Shown in pieces: positions 1 through 6,856 of a stretch of DNA of 8,946 bases. Location: sequence record OY723327.1, one strand, 5' to 3'. Positions within the stretch are counted from its first letter, which is position 1, and each line of letters starts with the position of its first letter. Made by a program: the position numbers and the translations under genes. The notes beneath the pieces are model-generated. The model was not told the DNA's origin. It saw only the letters and a list, made by a program, of their open reading frames with translations, and did no database searches.

Positions 1-222
1 CCACTAGTACAACAGCATACACACCATTAGTACCATGTATCCTATGGTATACAGTACATGGGGAGTATAGGTACCATTACACCATGCAGAGGTGTATGGA
101 GTACTATATGGTATATAGGGAGTATCCAGTAGACACCAGATATCATGTAATGGCATGCATTTGATGACATGAAACACATGATCTGATGATATGAAGTACT
201 CGATATGTACTCATTATGGTAC
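1..222 (+). repeat. X monomer X1 (alpha subtype, full length)
   Basis: Core GCATGCATTTGATGACATGAAACACATG at 153-180. Near-identical to 4369-4590 and to the first ~146 nt of 7465-7684. Confidence 0.85.
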
Positions 223-382
223 CCACTAACACTAGTACTACAGCATATCCGTACAAGGGGAACCATAAGGATCCGCCCTTGCAGGTATTCGGGTACTATA
301 TGATATATAGAGGGTATCCAGTAGACCACCAGATATCATGATATTGCATGCATTTGATGACATGAAAACACATGATTTGATG
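223..382 (+). repeat. X monomer X2 (beta subtype)
   Basis: Begins ccactaacactagtac. Interior is caaggggaacc...cttgcagg. Core at 346-374. Confidence 0.75.
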
Positions 383-620
383 TACTCAGATTACATGATT
401 ATGGTGATATCCAGTACATCACCAGATCCCTTAGACACCATGGGGATCACTACATATGCTATAAGGAGTACACATGCTCTGCATGGTACCTATATCATAG
501 GGTAGGGGATATGCCCACGATACCTATGGAGACCACATCCTCTAGATACATGGTATGTGCACAGAGGATGGTGCCATGGTATGAGGACCCCAAATGGGTC
601 GAAATACATGTTTTAGGGGT
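383..620 (+). repeat. Y module Y1
   Basis: Runs tactcagattacatgattatggtgatatccag...ggtgccatggtatgaggacccc. One of four copies, each placed between an X monomer and a W tract. Confidence 0.8.
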
Positions 621-681
621 CCCAAAACATGTGTTGCGAGTAGGTATCGGCACGGGATTAGCACATCTAGGGCATTATGGA

Positions 682-787
682 ACCTGAGGAGATCACCTCC
701 ACAGGGAATGTCCCTCCGTGCATCCTGGGCTACCGAGAGGCCTACGGGGAGTATCCCCATATCCTCTAAGAGCCATTATGACCATTA
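682..787 (+). repeat. Z module Z1 (106 bp)
   Basis: Sequence is acctgaggagatcacctccacagggaatgtccctccgtgcatcctgggctaccgagaggcctacggggagtatccccatatcctctaagagccattatgaccatta. Confidence 0.85.
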
Positions 788-830
788 CGAGCATCCCGGA
801 GAGCATATCTGAGGACCTGAAATCCATGGT

Positions 831-923
831 TTTGGGGTCTAAAATGATGATTTTAGAGGTCTCAAAATGATGGATTTGGGGTCTGGAATCATGAGATCCG
901 GGGGTCTGGGGATGCCATGGGTA
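831..923 (+). repeat. Tandem 22-23 bp repeat (about 4 units), W family
   Basis: GGGGTCT/GAGGTCT starts at 834, 856, 878 and 901, each followed by an aaaatgatg/aatcatgag-like sequence. Confidence 0.7.
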
Positions 924-1181
924 TGGGATCCAGGGATGCAGGGATCCGGAGACCATGAGGGCATGCAGACCATATGCACTACATACCATGGGGTGTGTAG
1001 TAGGGATACAGACCACTATGGATACCATCACCATTAGATACATACTATGAGACCATATGCTGTGGGTATCGGATTAGGGGTCTGGGGATGTGCAGATCTG
1101 GAGACCATGAGCGGATCCGGAGACCATCAGATCATGAGATCCGGGGGTCTGGAGATGCTCGCGATGTATCTGAGGACCTGT

Positions 1182-1205
1182 GCAGATAGGTATGCAGATA
1201 GGTAT
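1182..1205 (+). repeat. 12-mer minisatellite (GCAGATAGGTAT)x2
   Basis: Exact units at 1182-1193 and 1194-1205. Confidence 0.95.
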
Positions 1206-1369
1206 AGGCATTAGGTACTGAGGACTCGCAGAGAGGTACTGAGGACATGCACAGAGGACATGGCACAGAGGATACGGGCATACAGACCATGCAGATAGGT
1301 ACTAGGGACTCGCAGACCATAGGTATTAGGTATCTGAGGACACGGATGCCATGATCTGAGGACCCCAAG

Positions 1370-1480
1370 ACCTCCAGAAATGGGGTATCTGAGGTATCCC
1401 GAGACCTCCCAAAATGGGTGTTTTGGACCCTAAATCACTCGTTTTGGGACCCTTTCTGGGTGCTCCCAGACCCCTCCCCA
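1370..1480 (+). repeat. W tract (GGACCC / AAAATGGG-rich degenerate short repeats)
   Basis: The 20-mer aaaatgggtgttttggaccc at 1411-1430 recurs exactly at 3842-3861. The ccagaaatgg and gaccctttc motifs are shared with 3780-3890. Confidence 0.6.
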
Positions 1481-1485
1481 ATGCC

Positions 1486-1509
1486 ATCCCTAAGGTGCTC
1501 CTAAGGGAT
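1486..1509. other. Imperfect hairpin-forming inverted repeat (10-position stem with 9 pairs and one A-A mismatch, 4-nt loop)
   Basis: atccctaagg tgct cctaagggat. Function unknown. Confidence 0.4.
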
Positions 1510-1613
1510 TCGGGCCCGTACCCCTCAGATAGGGTATCCCAGAGGGTGTCGGATTGGGGGTCTGGAGGTGCTCGGAACCCCTAAATTGTGTGCCCTTAGT
1601 GTATAGTAACACA

Positions 1614-1627
1614 CGCGCGCGCGCGCG
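1614..1627. repeat. (CG)7 dinucleotide tract, part of a 19-nt alternating purine-pyrimidine run (1609-1627)
   Basis: Read directly as acacacgcgcgcgcgcgcg. Confidence 0.95.
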
Positions 1628-1654
1628 AAGGGCGGATCCGAGTCAGACAGAAAA

Positions 1655-1915
1655 CGAATGCATCATTTTGGACCCTTTTGGAGACATTAGGGGTCTTAAT
1701 GTGCACATTTGCGACCCCAAAAGGCCCAAAAGTGCCTAAAATGGGTCATTTTATGCCCTTTTCGGATGCACACAATGGGAATGCCATCGCCGGAGACCAT
1801 ATTCCTTACAGTGACCTTAGGAATATGAGTACGCGAAATCGGGGCAATTATGCCATTTACGGGTACCCCTAAAATGAGCACTTTTGGACCCCTTTTGGCA
1901 CCCCTTGGAGTCCTT
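1655..1915 (+). repeat. W-like tract interspersed with unique sequence
   Basis: Contains recurrent ttttggaccc(c)ttttgg, ccaaaagg and ctaaaatg(g/a)g motifs, e.g. 1664-1690, 1728-1750 and 1866-1905. Confidence 0.5.
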
Positions 1916-2375
1916 AGTGTACTGGTGGCATGTGCATATCCCCTGATGCCTCTTTATCGAGGGAATGGGGATACCTGCATACCATACAGTATCTGTGTTA
2001 CTAGTGGGTATCGGCACACCTCCCAAAACATGTCATTTCGTGACATGATCTAGTCGAGATGAGCGAATCCACTACTATTGCATATCATGGCATAATGAGC
2101 TATACAGAGTACTACAGGTATTGGGGGTATCCTTAATGGCAGCATATGCCCCATTAGAGGTATACACCATATCCCCTAGTATCCCTTACAGCACATACCA
2201 TGGATAGGTACTCATTAGTAGTATAGAATGTGTATGTCATGACACCAAAACACATGTTTCGAGACATCTGAACACATGGTTTGCACGTATGATCATATAC
2301 AGTATCTAGTGATATACAGGATACTAGTAGTATGCACGGATGGTATGAGGGGTACGGGATACCCCTACATCATAG

Positions 2376-2524
2376 CCTAACAGCATACACTACGAGTACT
2401 ATGTATACCATGGATACTACATGCATACTACTACGGGTAGGTACTCATGAGCAGTATCATCATGTAAATGCATGCATTTGATGACATGAATGTATACATC
2501 ATGAGTAGGTATACACATCTAATA
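2376..2524 (+). repeat. X monomer X3 (short)
   Basis: Begins cctaacagcatacac. Core at 2470-2490. Ends with the family tail gtaggtatacacatctaata. Confidence 0.65.
2466..2479. repeat. Perfect 14-bp palindrome AAATGCATGCATTT at the X3 core
   Basis: Self-complementary. Other X cores retain only 6-8 bp of it (GCATGC / TGCATGCA). Confidence 0.9.
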
Positions 2525-2744
2525 CCACTAGTACAACAGCATACACACCATTAGTACCATGTATCCTATGGTATACAGTACATGGGGAGTACGGGTACCA
2601 TACCACCATTGCAGAGGTGTATGGAGTACTATGAGTATCTAGAGAGTACTAGTAGTATCATGTATTGATACATCTAATGACATGAAACACATGGTTTGAT
2701 GTATCTAATGATGTACTTAATGGATAGGTATACACATCGTATTA
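2525..2744 (+). repeat. X monomer X4 (220 bp, divergent alpha)
   Basis: The first ~110 nt match X1. The core is degenerate (gtattgatacatctaatgacatgaaacacatggtttgatg, about 2671-2710). Tail is ggtatacacatcgtatta. Confidence 0.7.
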
Positions 2745-2904
2745 GTGCATAGTATCTCTACATGGTCTATACACTGCCATACAGGGAGTGAGGGACCAGG
2801 AGGGAGACTATGCACTAGTAGACGATAACGTGACCTTTAACATTACCCTAGTAATAGTCCTCTACATGCATACAACGTACTGTGCGGATATGCTCACGAG
2901 AGTA

Positions 2905-2922
2905 CTTAGTACTAGTACTAAG
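2905..2922. repeat. Perfect 18-bp palindrome CTTAGTACTAGTACTAAG
   Basis: Its reverse complement equals itself. It lies in the copy-1-specific segment. Confidence 0.9.
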
Positions 2923-3195
2923 ACATCCTGTGCCCTGTATCTGCACGAGAGGTATCTAGATGTGAGTAGTACTACTACTAATGATCATGTGCATCATACA
3001 CTCATGCATGGTGTGATGGCATAGCTCATGTGATACCATACAGTGTACTGCATCATCAGTAGTCATACTCTATACACTACTACTCATCATGTACTGCATG
3101 TCTAGAGGTATCCAGTACAGAGTACTAATACTCTGTAGTGGTATGTAGAGATGCACACCATACAGTATACTAGTACTCATCATACCATGCAATGT

Positions 3196-3240
3196 ATACA
3201 ATGGTGGTATGGAATACATGATACAATGGTGGTATGGAAT
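3196..3240 (+). repeat. Local 25-bp-period tandem duplication
   Basis: atacaatggtggtatggaat occurs at 3196-3215 and again at 3221-3240. Confidence 0.9.
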
Positions 3241-3463
3241 GATGTAGTAGTATGAGTAGTACTATGAACAGATACACTACTATCTGCATGCACAGAATAG
3301 GTCATCCTCAGGGATAGCACCTTAACCCTGTACCATACCATACAGTGGTACTATGGTGGTATGGCATGCATGTACTAGTAGTATGTAGTAGTATGTACTC
3401 ATCATACCATCAGATCATGAGATCATGGCATCAAATCATGACATCAAAACACATGATTTCATG

Positions 3464-3699
3464 TACTCAATTACATGATTATGGTGGTATCCAGGACATC
3501 ACCAGATCCCTTAGAGACCATGGGGATCACTACATATGCTATAAGGAGTACACATGCTCTGCATGGTACCTATATCATAGGGTAGGGGTATCCCTCATGA
3601 TACCTATGGAGACCATATCCTCTAGATACATGGTATGTGCACAGAGGATGGTGCCATGGTATGAGGTCCCCAAAAGGGTCCAAATACATGATTTGGGGT
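3464..3699 (+). repeat. Y module Y2 (variant type)
   Basis: Aligns to Y1 at about +3080. Diagnostic differences include ggggtatccctcatg vs ggggatatgcccacg. Confidence 0.8.
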
Positions 3700-3900
3700 G
3701 TCTAAAATGACCACTTTTGGCACCTTTCTGGAGGACCCAAAACGGGTGATTCAATCCCCCAAAAGGGGTCCGCAAATCAAGCCCAGAAATGGTCATAAAA
3801 AGGGCTCGTGGGGGTACCCCCATGAGCACTTTTAGGACCCTAAAATGGGTGTTTTGGACCCCTAAAATGGTGTATTTAGACCCTTTCGGAGGGGTACAGG
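3655..3900 (+). repeat. W tract following Y2
   Basis: Sequence runs ccccaaaagggtccaaatacatgatttggggtgtctaaaatgaccacttttggcacc ... ggaccctaaaatgggtgttttggacccctaaaatggtgtatttagaccc, with ~22-nt spacing of the ccctaaaatgg units. Confidence 0.65.
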
Positions 3901-3909
3901 CAACGAGTA

Positions 3910-4119
3910 CTACTAGATACATACCAGCAGACCATGTATCCTATGGTATATAGGACATGGGGGCTACGGGTACCATTACACCATTACGGGAGTATATGGA
4001 GTACTATGGGTATCTAGAGGAGTCCCTGTAACACCAGATATCATGGTATTGGCATGCATTTGATGACATGAAAACACATGATTTGATGACATGAAATGAG
4101 TAGGTATACACATCTAATG
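3910..4119 (+). repeat. X monomer X5
   Basis: Core at 4052-4080, followed by a second perfect ATTTGATGACATGAAA copy (4058-4073 and 4081-4096). Confidence 0.75.
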
Positions 4120-4140
4120 ACAGGATATGGCATACGGGAT

Positions 4141-4246
4141 ACCTGAGGAGACCACCTCCACAGGGAATACCCTCTCTGCACATCCAGGCTACCGAGAGGC
4201 CTACGGGGAGTATCCCCATACCCTCTAAGAGCCATTATGGCCATTA
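4141..4246 (+). repeat. Z module Z2 (variant type)
   Basis: Same length and ends as Z1, with a divergent centre (gaataccctctctgcacatccagg). Preceded by the leader acaggatatggcatacgggat (4120-4140). Confidence 0.85.
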
Positions 4247-4368
4247 GGGAGTATCCAGCACATCATTAGATACACGGAATATCATGTAATTGCATAGATT
4301 TGATGACATGAAATCATGTGTTTTGATGACATGAAGTACTCATTATGAGTAGGTATACACATCTAATA
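4247..4368 (+). repeat. X monomer X6 (5'-truncated, abuts Z2)
   Basis: Starts at gggagtatccag. Variant core GCATAGATTTGATGACATGAAATCATGTG at 4292-4320. Family tail ends at 4368. Confidence 0.7.
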
Positions 4369-4590
4369 CCACTAGTACAACAGCATACACACCATTAGTA
4401 CCATGTATCCTATGGTATACAGTACATGGGGAGTACGGGTACCATTACACCATGCAGAGGTGTATGGAGTACTATATGGTATATAGGGAGTATCCAGTAG
4501 ACACCAGATATCATGTAATGGCATGCATTTGATGACATGAAACACATGATCTGATGATATGAAGTACTCGATATGTACTCATTATGGTAC
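4369..4590 (+). repeat. X monomer X7 (alpha, counterpart of X1)
   Basis: Core at 4521-4548. Offset +4368 from X1. Confidence 0.85.
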
Positions 4591-4749
4591 CCACTAACAC
4601 TAGTACTACAGCATATCCGTACAAGGGGAACCATAAGGATCCGCCCTTGCAGGTATTCGGGTACTATATGACATATAGAGGGTATCCAGTAGACACCAGA
4701 TATCATGATATTGCATGCATTTGATGACATGAAAACACATGATTTGATG
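4591..4749 (+). repeat. X monomer X8 (beta, counterpart of X2)
   Basis: Core at 4713-4741. Confidence 0.75.
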
Positions 4750-4987
4750 TACTCAGATTACATGATTATGGTGATATCCAGTACATCACCAGATCCCTTA
4801 GACACCATGGGGATCACTACATATGCTATAAGGAGTACACATGCTCTGCATGGTACCTATATCATAGGGTAGGGGATATGCCCACGATACCTATGGAGAC
4901 CACATCCTCTAGATACATGGTATGTGCACAGAGGATGGTGCCATGGTATGAGGACCCCAAATGGGTCGAAATACATGTTTTAGGGGT
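4750..4987 (+). repeat. Y module Y3 (counterpart of Y1)
   Basis: Offset +4367 from Y1. Confidence 0.8.
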
Positions 4988-5048
4988 CCCAAAACATGTG
5001 TTGCGAGTAGGTATCGGCACGGGATTAGCACATCTAGGGCATTATGGA

Positions 5049-5148
5049 ACCTGAGGAGATCACCTCCACAGGGAATGTCCCTCCGTGCATCCTGGGCTAC
5101 CGAGAGGCCTACATGCAGTACCCCATATCCTCTAAGAGACCATTATGG
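5049..5148 (+). repeat. Z module Z3 (first 64 nt identical to Z1/Z4, tail diverged)
   Basis: 5049-5112 is identical to 5599-5662. The tail atgcagtaccccatatcctctaagagaccattatgg remains alignable to the Z1 tail. Confidence 0.8.
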
Positions 5149-5662
5149 AGGGTATTGGACAGGGCCCGAAACCCCCAAAATGAGTGATTTGGGGTGCTCA
5201 AAACCATCGATTTTGGTGGTTTTGGCATGCAAAAAGGGTCGAAAACACCACTTTTAGCCCCTTTTGCACATGGGAACACCACCCCATATACTAAGGGGGA
5301 TCCTTCGAGGGATACAGAACCCCCGAAACCCCTTAAAGATGGTGTGTGAGTACTCATGCATGTACCCTTTTAGCACCCTTTCTGACCCCCTTTCAGACCC
5401 CCTAAATGGTGCCATTCCTCGAAGGATGGCCCTTAAGGGGTGCCGGGAAGGGTACCTAAAGAGGTCCCAAAGTGACCATTTTAGGGGGTCCCAAAACGTG
5501 TTGCAAAGGGGTACCCCTTTGGTCACCAAAAGTGATGATTTTGGGGACACCAAATGGGTCGGAATGGGTACCTAATGACAGGATATGGCATACGGGATAC
5601 CTGAGGAGATCACCTCCACAGGGAATGTCCCTCCGTGCATCCTGGGCTACCGAGAGGCCTAC
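5113..5662 (+). repeat. 550-bp block present only in copy 2 (diverged Z3 tail + W tract + Z leader + first 64 bp of Z4)
   Basis: Absent between 745 and 746 of copy 1. Bounded by the perfect 64-bp direct repeat 5049-5112 = 5599-5662. The interior is paralogous to W tracts such as 3655-3900. Confidence 0.85.
5150..5573 (+). repeat. W tract inside the copy-2-only block
   Basis: ccccaaaatgagtgatttggggtgctcaaaaccatcgattttgg parallels 3665-3720. attttagggggtcccaaaacgtgttgcaaagg parallels 611-640. Confidence 0.6.
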
Positions 5663-5704
5663 GGGGAGTATCCCCATATCCTCTGAGAGCCATTATGACC
5701 ATTA
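5599..5704 (+). repeat. Z module Z4 (counterpart of Z1)
   Basis: Offset +4917 from Z1. It is preceded by the Z2-type leader (about 5574-5598), unlike Z1. Confidence 0.85.
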
Positions 5705-5747
5705 CGAGCATCCCGGAGAGCATATCTGAGGACCTGAAATCCATGGT

Positions 5748-5840
5748 TTTGGGGTCTAAAATGATGATTTTAGAGGTCTCAAAATGATGGATTTGGGGTC
5801 TCAAATCATGAGATCCGGGGGTCTGGGGATGCCATGGGTA
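5748..5840 (+). repeat. Tandem 22-23 bp repeat, W family (copy-2 counterpart)
   Basis: Offset +4917 from 831-923. One GG->CA difference (gtctggaatc vs gtctcaaatc). Confidence 0.7.
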
Positions 5841-6098
5841 TGGGATCCAGGGATGCAGGGATCCGGAGACCATGAGGGCATGCAGACCATATGCACTACA
5901 TACCATGGGGTGTGTAGTAGGGATACAGACCACTATGGATACCATCACCATTAGATACATACTATGAGACCATATGCTGTGGGTATCGGATTAGGGGTCT
6001 GGGGATGTGCAGATCTGGAGACCATGAGCGGATCCGGAGACCATCAGATCATGAGATCCGGGGGTCTGGAGATGCTCGCGATGTATCTGAGGACCTGT

Positions 6099-6146
6099 GC
6101 AGATAGGTATGCAGATAGGTATGCAGATAGGTATGCAGATAGGTAT
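6099..6146 (+). repeat. 12-mer minisatellite (GCAGATAGGTAT)x4
   Basis: Exact units at 6099-6110, 6111-6122, 6123-6134 and 6135-6146. This accounts for the +24 nt offset shift between the copies. Confidence 0.95.
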
Positions 6147-6310
6147 AGGCATTAGGTACTGAGGACTCGCAGAGAGGTACTGAGGACATGCACAGAGGAC
6201 ATGGCACAGAGGATACGGGCATACAGACCATGCAGATAGGTACTAGGGACTCGCAGACCATAGGTATTAGGTATCTGAGGACACGGATGCCATGATCTGA
6301 GGACCCCAAG

Positions 6311-6421
6311 ACCTCCAGAAATGGGGTATCTGAGGTATCCCGAGACCTCCCAAAATGGGTGTTTGGGACCCTAAATCACTCGTTTTGGGACCCTTTCTGG
6401 GTGCTCCCAGACCCCTCCCCA
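6311..6421 (+). repeat. W tract (copy-2 counterpart of 1370-1480)
   Basis: Offset +4941. Confidence 0.6.
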
Positions 6422-6426
6422 ATACC

Positions 6427-6450
6427 ATCCCTAAGGTGCTCCTAAGGGAT
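6427..6450. other. Imperfect hairpin-forming inverted repeat (copy-2 counterpart)
   Basis: Offset +4941 from 1486-1509, identical sequence. Confidence 0.4.
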
Positions 6451-6554
6451 TCGGGCCCGTACCCCTCAGATAGGGTATCCCAGAGGGTGTCGGATTGGGG
6501 GTCTGGAGGTGCTCGGAACCCCTAAATTGTGTGCCCTTAGTGTATAGTAACACA

Positions 6555-6568
6555 CGCGCGCGCGCGCG
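6555..6568. repeat. (CG)7 dinucleotide tract (copy-2 counterpart)
   Basis: Offset +4941. Same repeat number in both copies. Confidence 0.95.
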
Positions 6569-6595
6569 AAGGGCGGATCCGAGTCAGACAGAAAA

Positions 6596-6856
6596 CGAAT
6601 GCATCATTTTGGACCCTTTTGGAGACATTAGGGGTCTTAATGTGCACATTTGCGACCCCAAAAGGCCCAAAAGTGCCTAAAATGGGTCATTTTATGCCCT
6701 TTTCGGATGCACACAATGGGAATGCCATCGCCGGAGACCATATTCCTTACAGTGACCTTAGGAATATGAGTACGCGAAATCGGGGCAATTATGCCATTTA
6801 CGGGTACCCCTAAAATGAGCACTTTTGGACCCCTTTTGGCACCCCTTGGAGTCCTT
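6596..6856 (+). repeat. W-like tract (copy-2 counterpart of 1655-1915)
   Basis: Offset +4941. Confidence 0.5.

Larger units (their letters stand above)
1..745 (+). repeat. Near-identical duplicated block A, copy 1
   Basis: Matches 4369-5112 at offset +4368, then +4367 after a 1-nt indel near 327 (gtagaccaccag vs gtagacaccag). I saw only a few substitutions, e.g. tatag vs tacgg at 66-70. Confidence 0.9.
746..2524 (+). repeat. Near-identical duplicated block B, copy 1
   Basis: Matches 5663-7464. Offset is +4917 up to the 12-mer minisatellite, +4941 after it, and +4940 after a 1-nt indel near 2495. I spotted a handful of substitutions. Confidence 0.9.
2745..3463. other. Copy-1-specific divergent segment, GTA/TAC/CATG-rich low complexity (probably decayed X-like monomers)
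   Basis: No close counterpart in copy 2, where the corresponding interval 7685-8040 is shorter and consists of recognisable X monomers. Contains only short local repeats and palindromes. Confidence 0.6.
1..4368 (+). repeat. Composite higher-order repeat unit, copy 1 (4368 bp)
   Basis: Collinear with 4369-8946 in three long near-identical direct blocks. Module order is X-X-Y-Z-W...X-X-(divergent)-Y-W-X-Z-X. No ORF >121 aa. Confidence 0.9.
3521..4368 (+). repeat. Near-identical duplicated block C, copy 1
   Basis: Matches 8099-8946 at a constant offset of +4578 with no net indel. I saw about seven substitutions. Confidence 0.9.
4369..5112 (+). repeat. Near-identical duplicated block A, copy 2
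   Basis: Matches 1-745. ORFs 594..812 and 4961..5257 share their first 51 aa, then diverge exactly at the block end (745/5112). Confidence 0.9.

Noticed and set aside
101-115. gtactatatggtat resembles the 3' end and splice-donor region of kinetoplastid spliced-leader RNA (…GTACTATATTG|GTATG)
   Set aside because: It is only an ~11-nt partial match. The upstream 28 nt of the SL are absent, and the motif is simply part of the X monomer consensus.
270-1640. Recurrent restriction-type palindromes (GGATCC at about 270, 927, 942, 1113 and 1635; many GGTACC, GCATGC and CATG) as possible regulatory or restriction-modification-related signals
   Set aside because: They are explained by repetition of the same short words within homologous modules. 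There are no associated methyltransferase or endonuclease genes.
1593-1642. Short strings reminiscent of a eukaryotic tRNA-Val (TAGTGTA D-arm-like, AACACGCG...GAA anticodon-arm-like) flanking the (CG)7 tract, possibly a tRNA or tRNA-derived SINE relic
   Set aside because: The comparison is from memory only. I could draw no acceptor stem, no GGTTCGA-type T arm and no cloverleaf, and about 16 nt would have to be missing. This is best treated as coincidence unless tRNAscan-SE or Infernal says otherwise.
3345-3710. Longest ORF in the track (121 aa) and, by extension, all 40-odd listed ORFs as candidate CDS
   Set aside because: The lengths are within chance expectation for ATG-rich sequence, and the ORFs overlap on both strands. 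Their composition is not protein-like and I recognise no domain. ORF boundaries track repeat breakpoints, and differences between duplicated copies cause amino-acid changes or new stops (3575..3922 vs 8153..8407). I see no ribosome-binding or operon-like organisation.
3838-3867. CCCTAAAA units resembling telomere repeats
   Set aside because: These are only single units separated by ~22 nt of other sequence. They are never tandem and they lie inside an internal repeat. This is not a telomere; at most it is telomere-derived ancestry, covered under the W-tract finding.
4141-4205. GGAGACCACCT...GGGAATACC in Z resembles the 3' domain of 5S rRNA (GGGAGACCGCCTGGGAATACC)
   Set aside because: There are only two short matching strings, interrupted by extra bases. 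No 5' half, internal control region or 5S-like helices are evident. GGAGACC is a common word throughout this repeat.
6049-6309. In-frame expansion of the 12-mer (adds YLHT repeats to the minus-strand ORF), suggesting a repeat-containing protein
   Set aside because: The ORF is only 86 aa, lies in a non-coding-looking context and has no recognisable signal or start context. Any 12-nt unit is automatically in frame.
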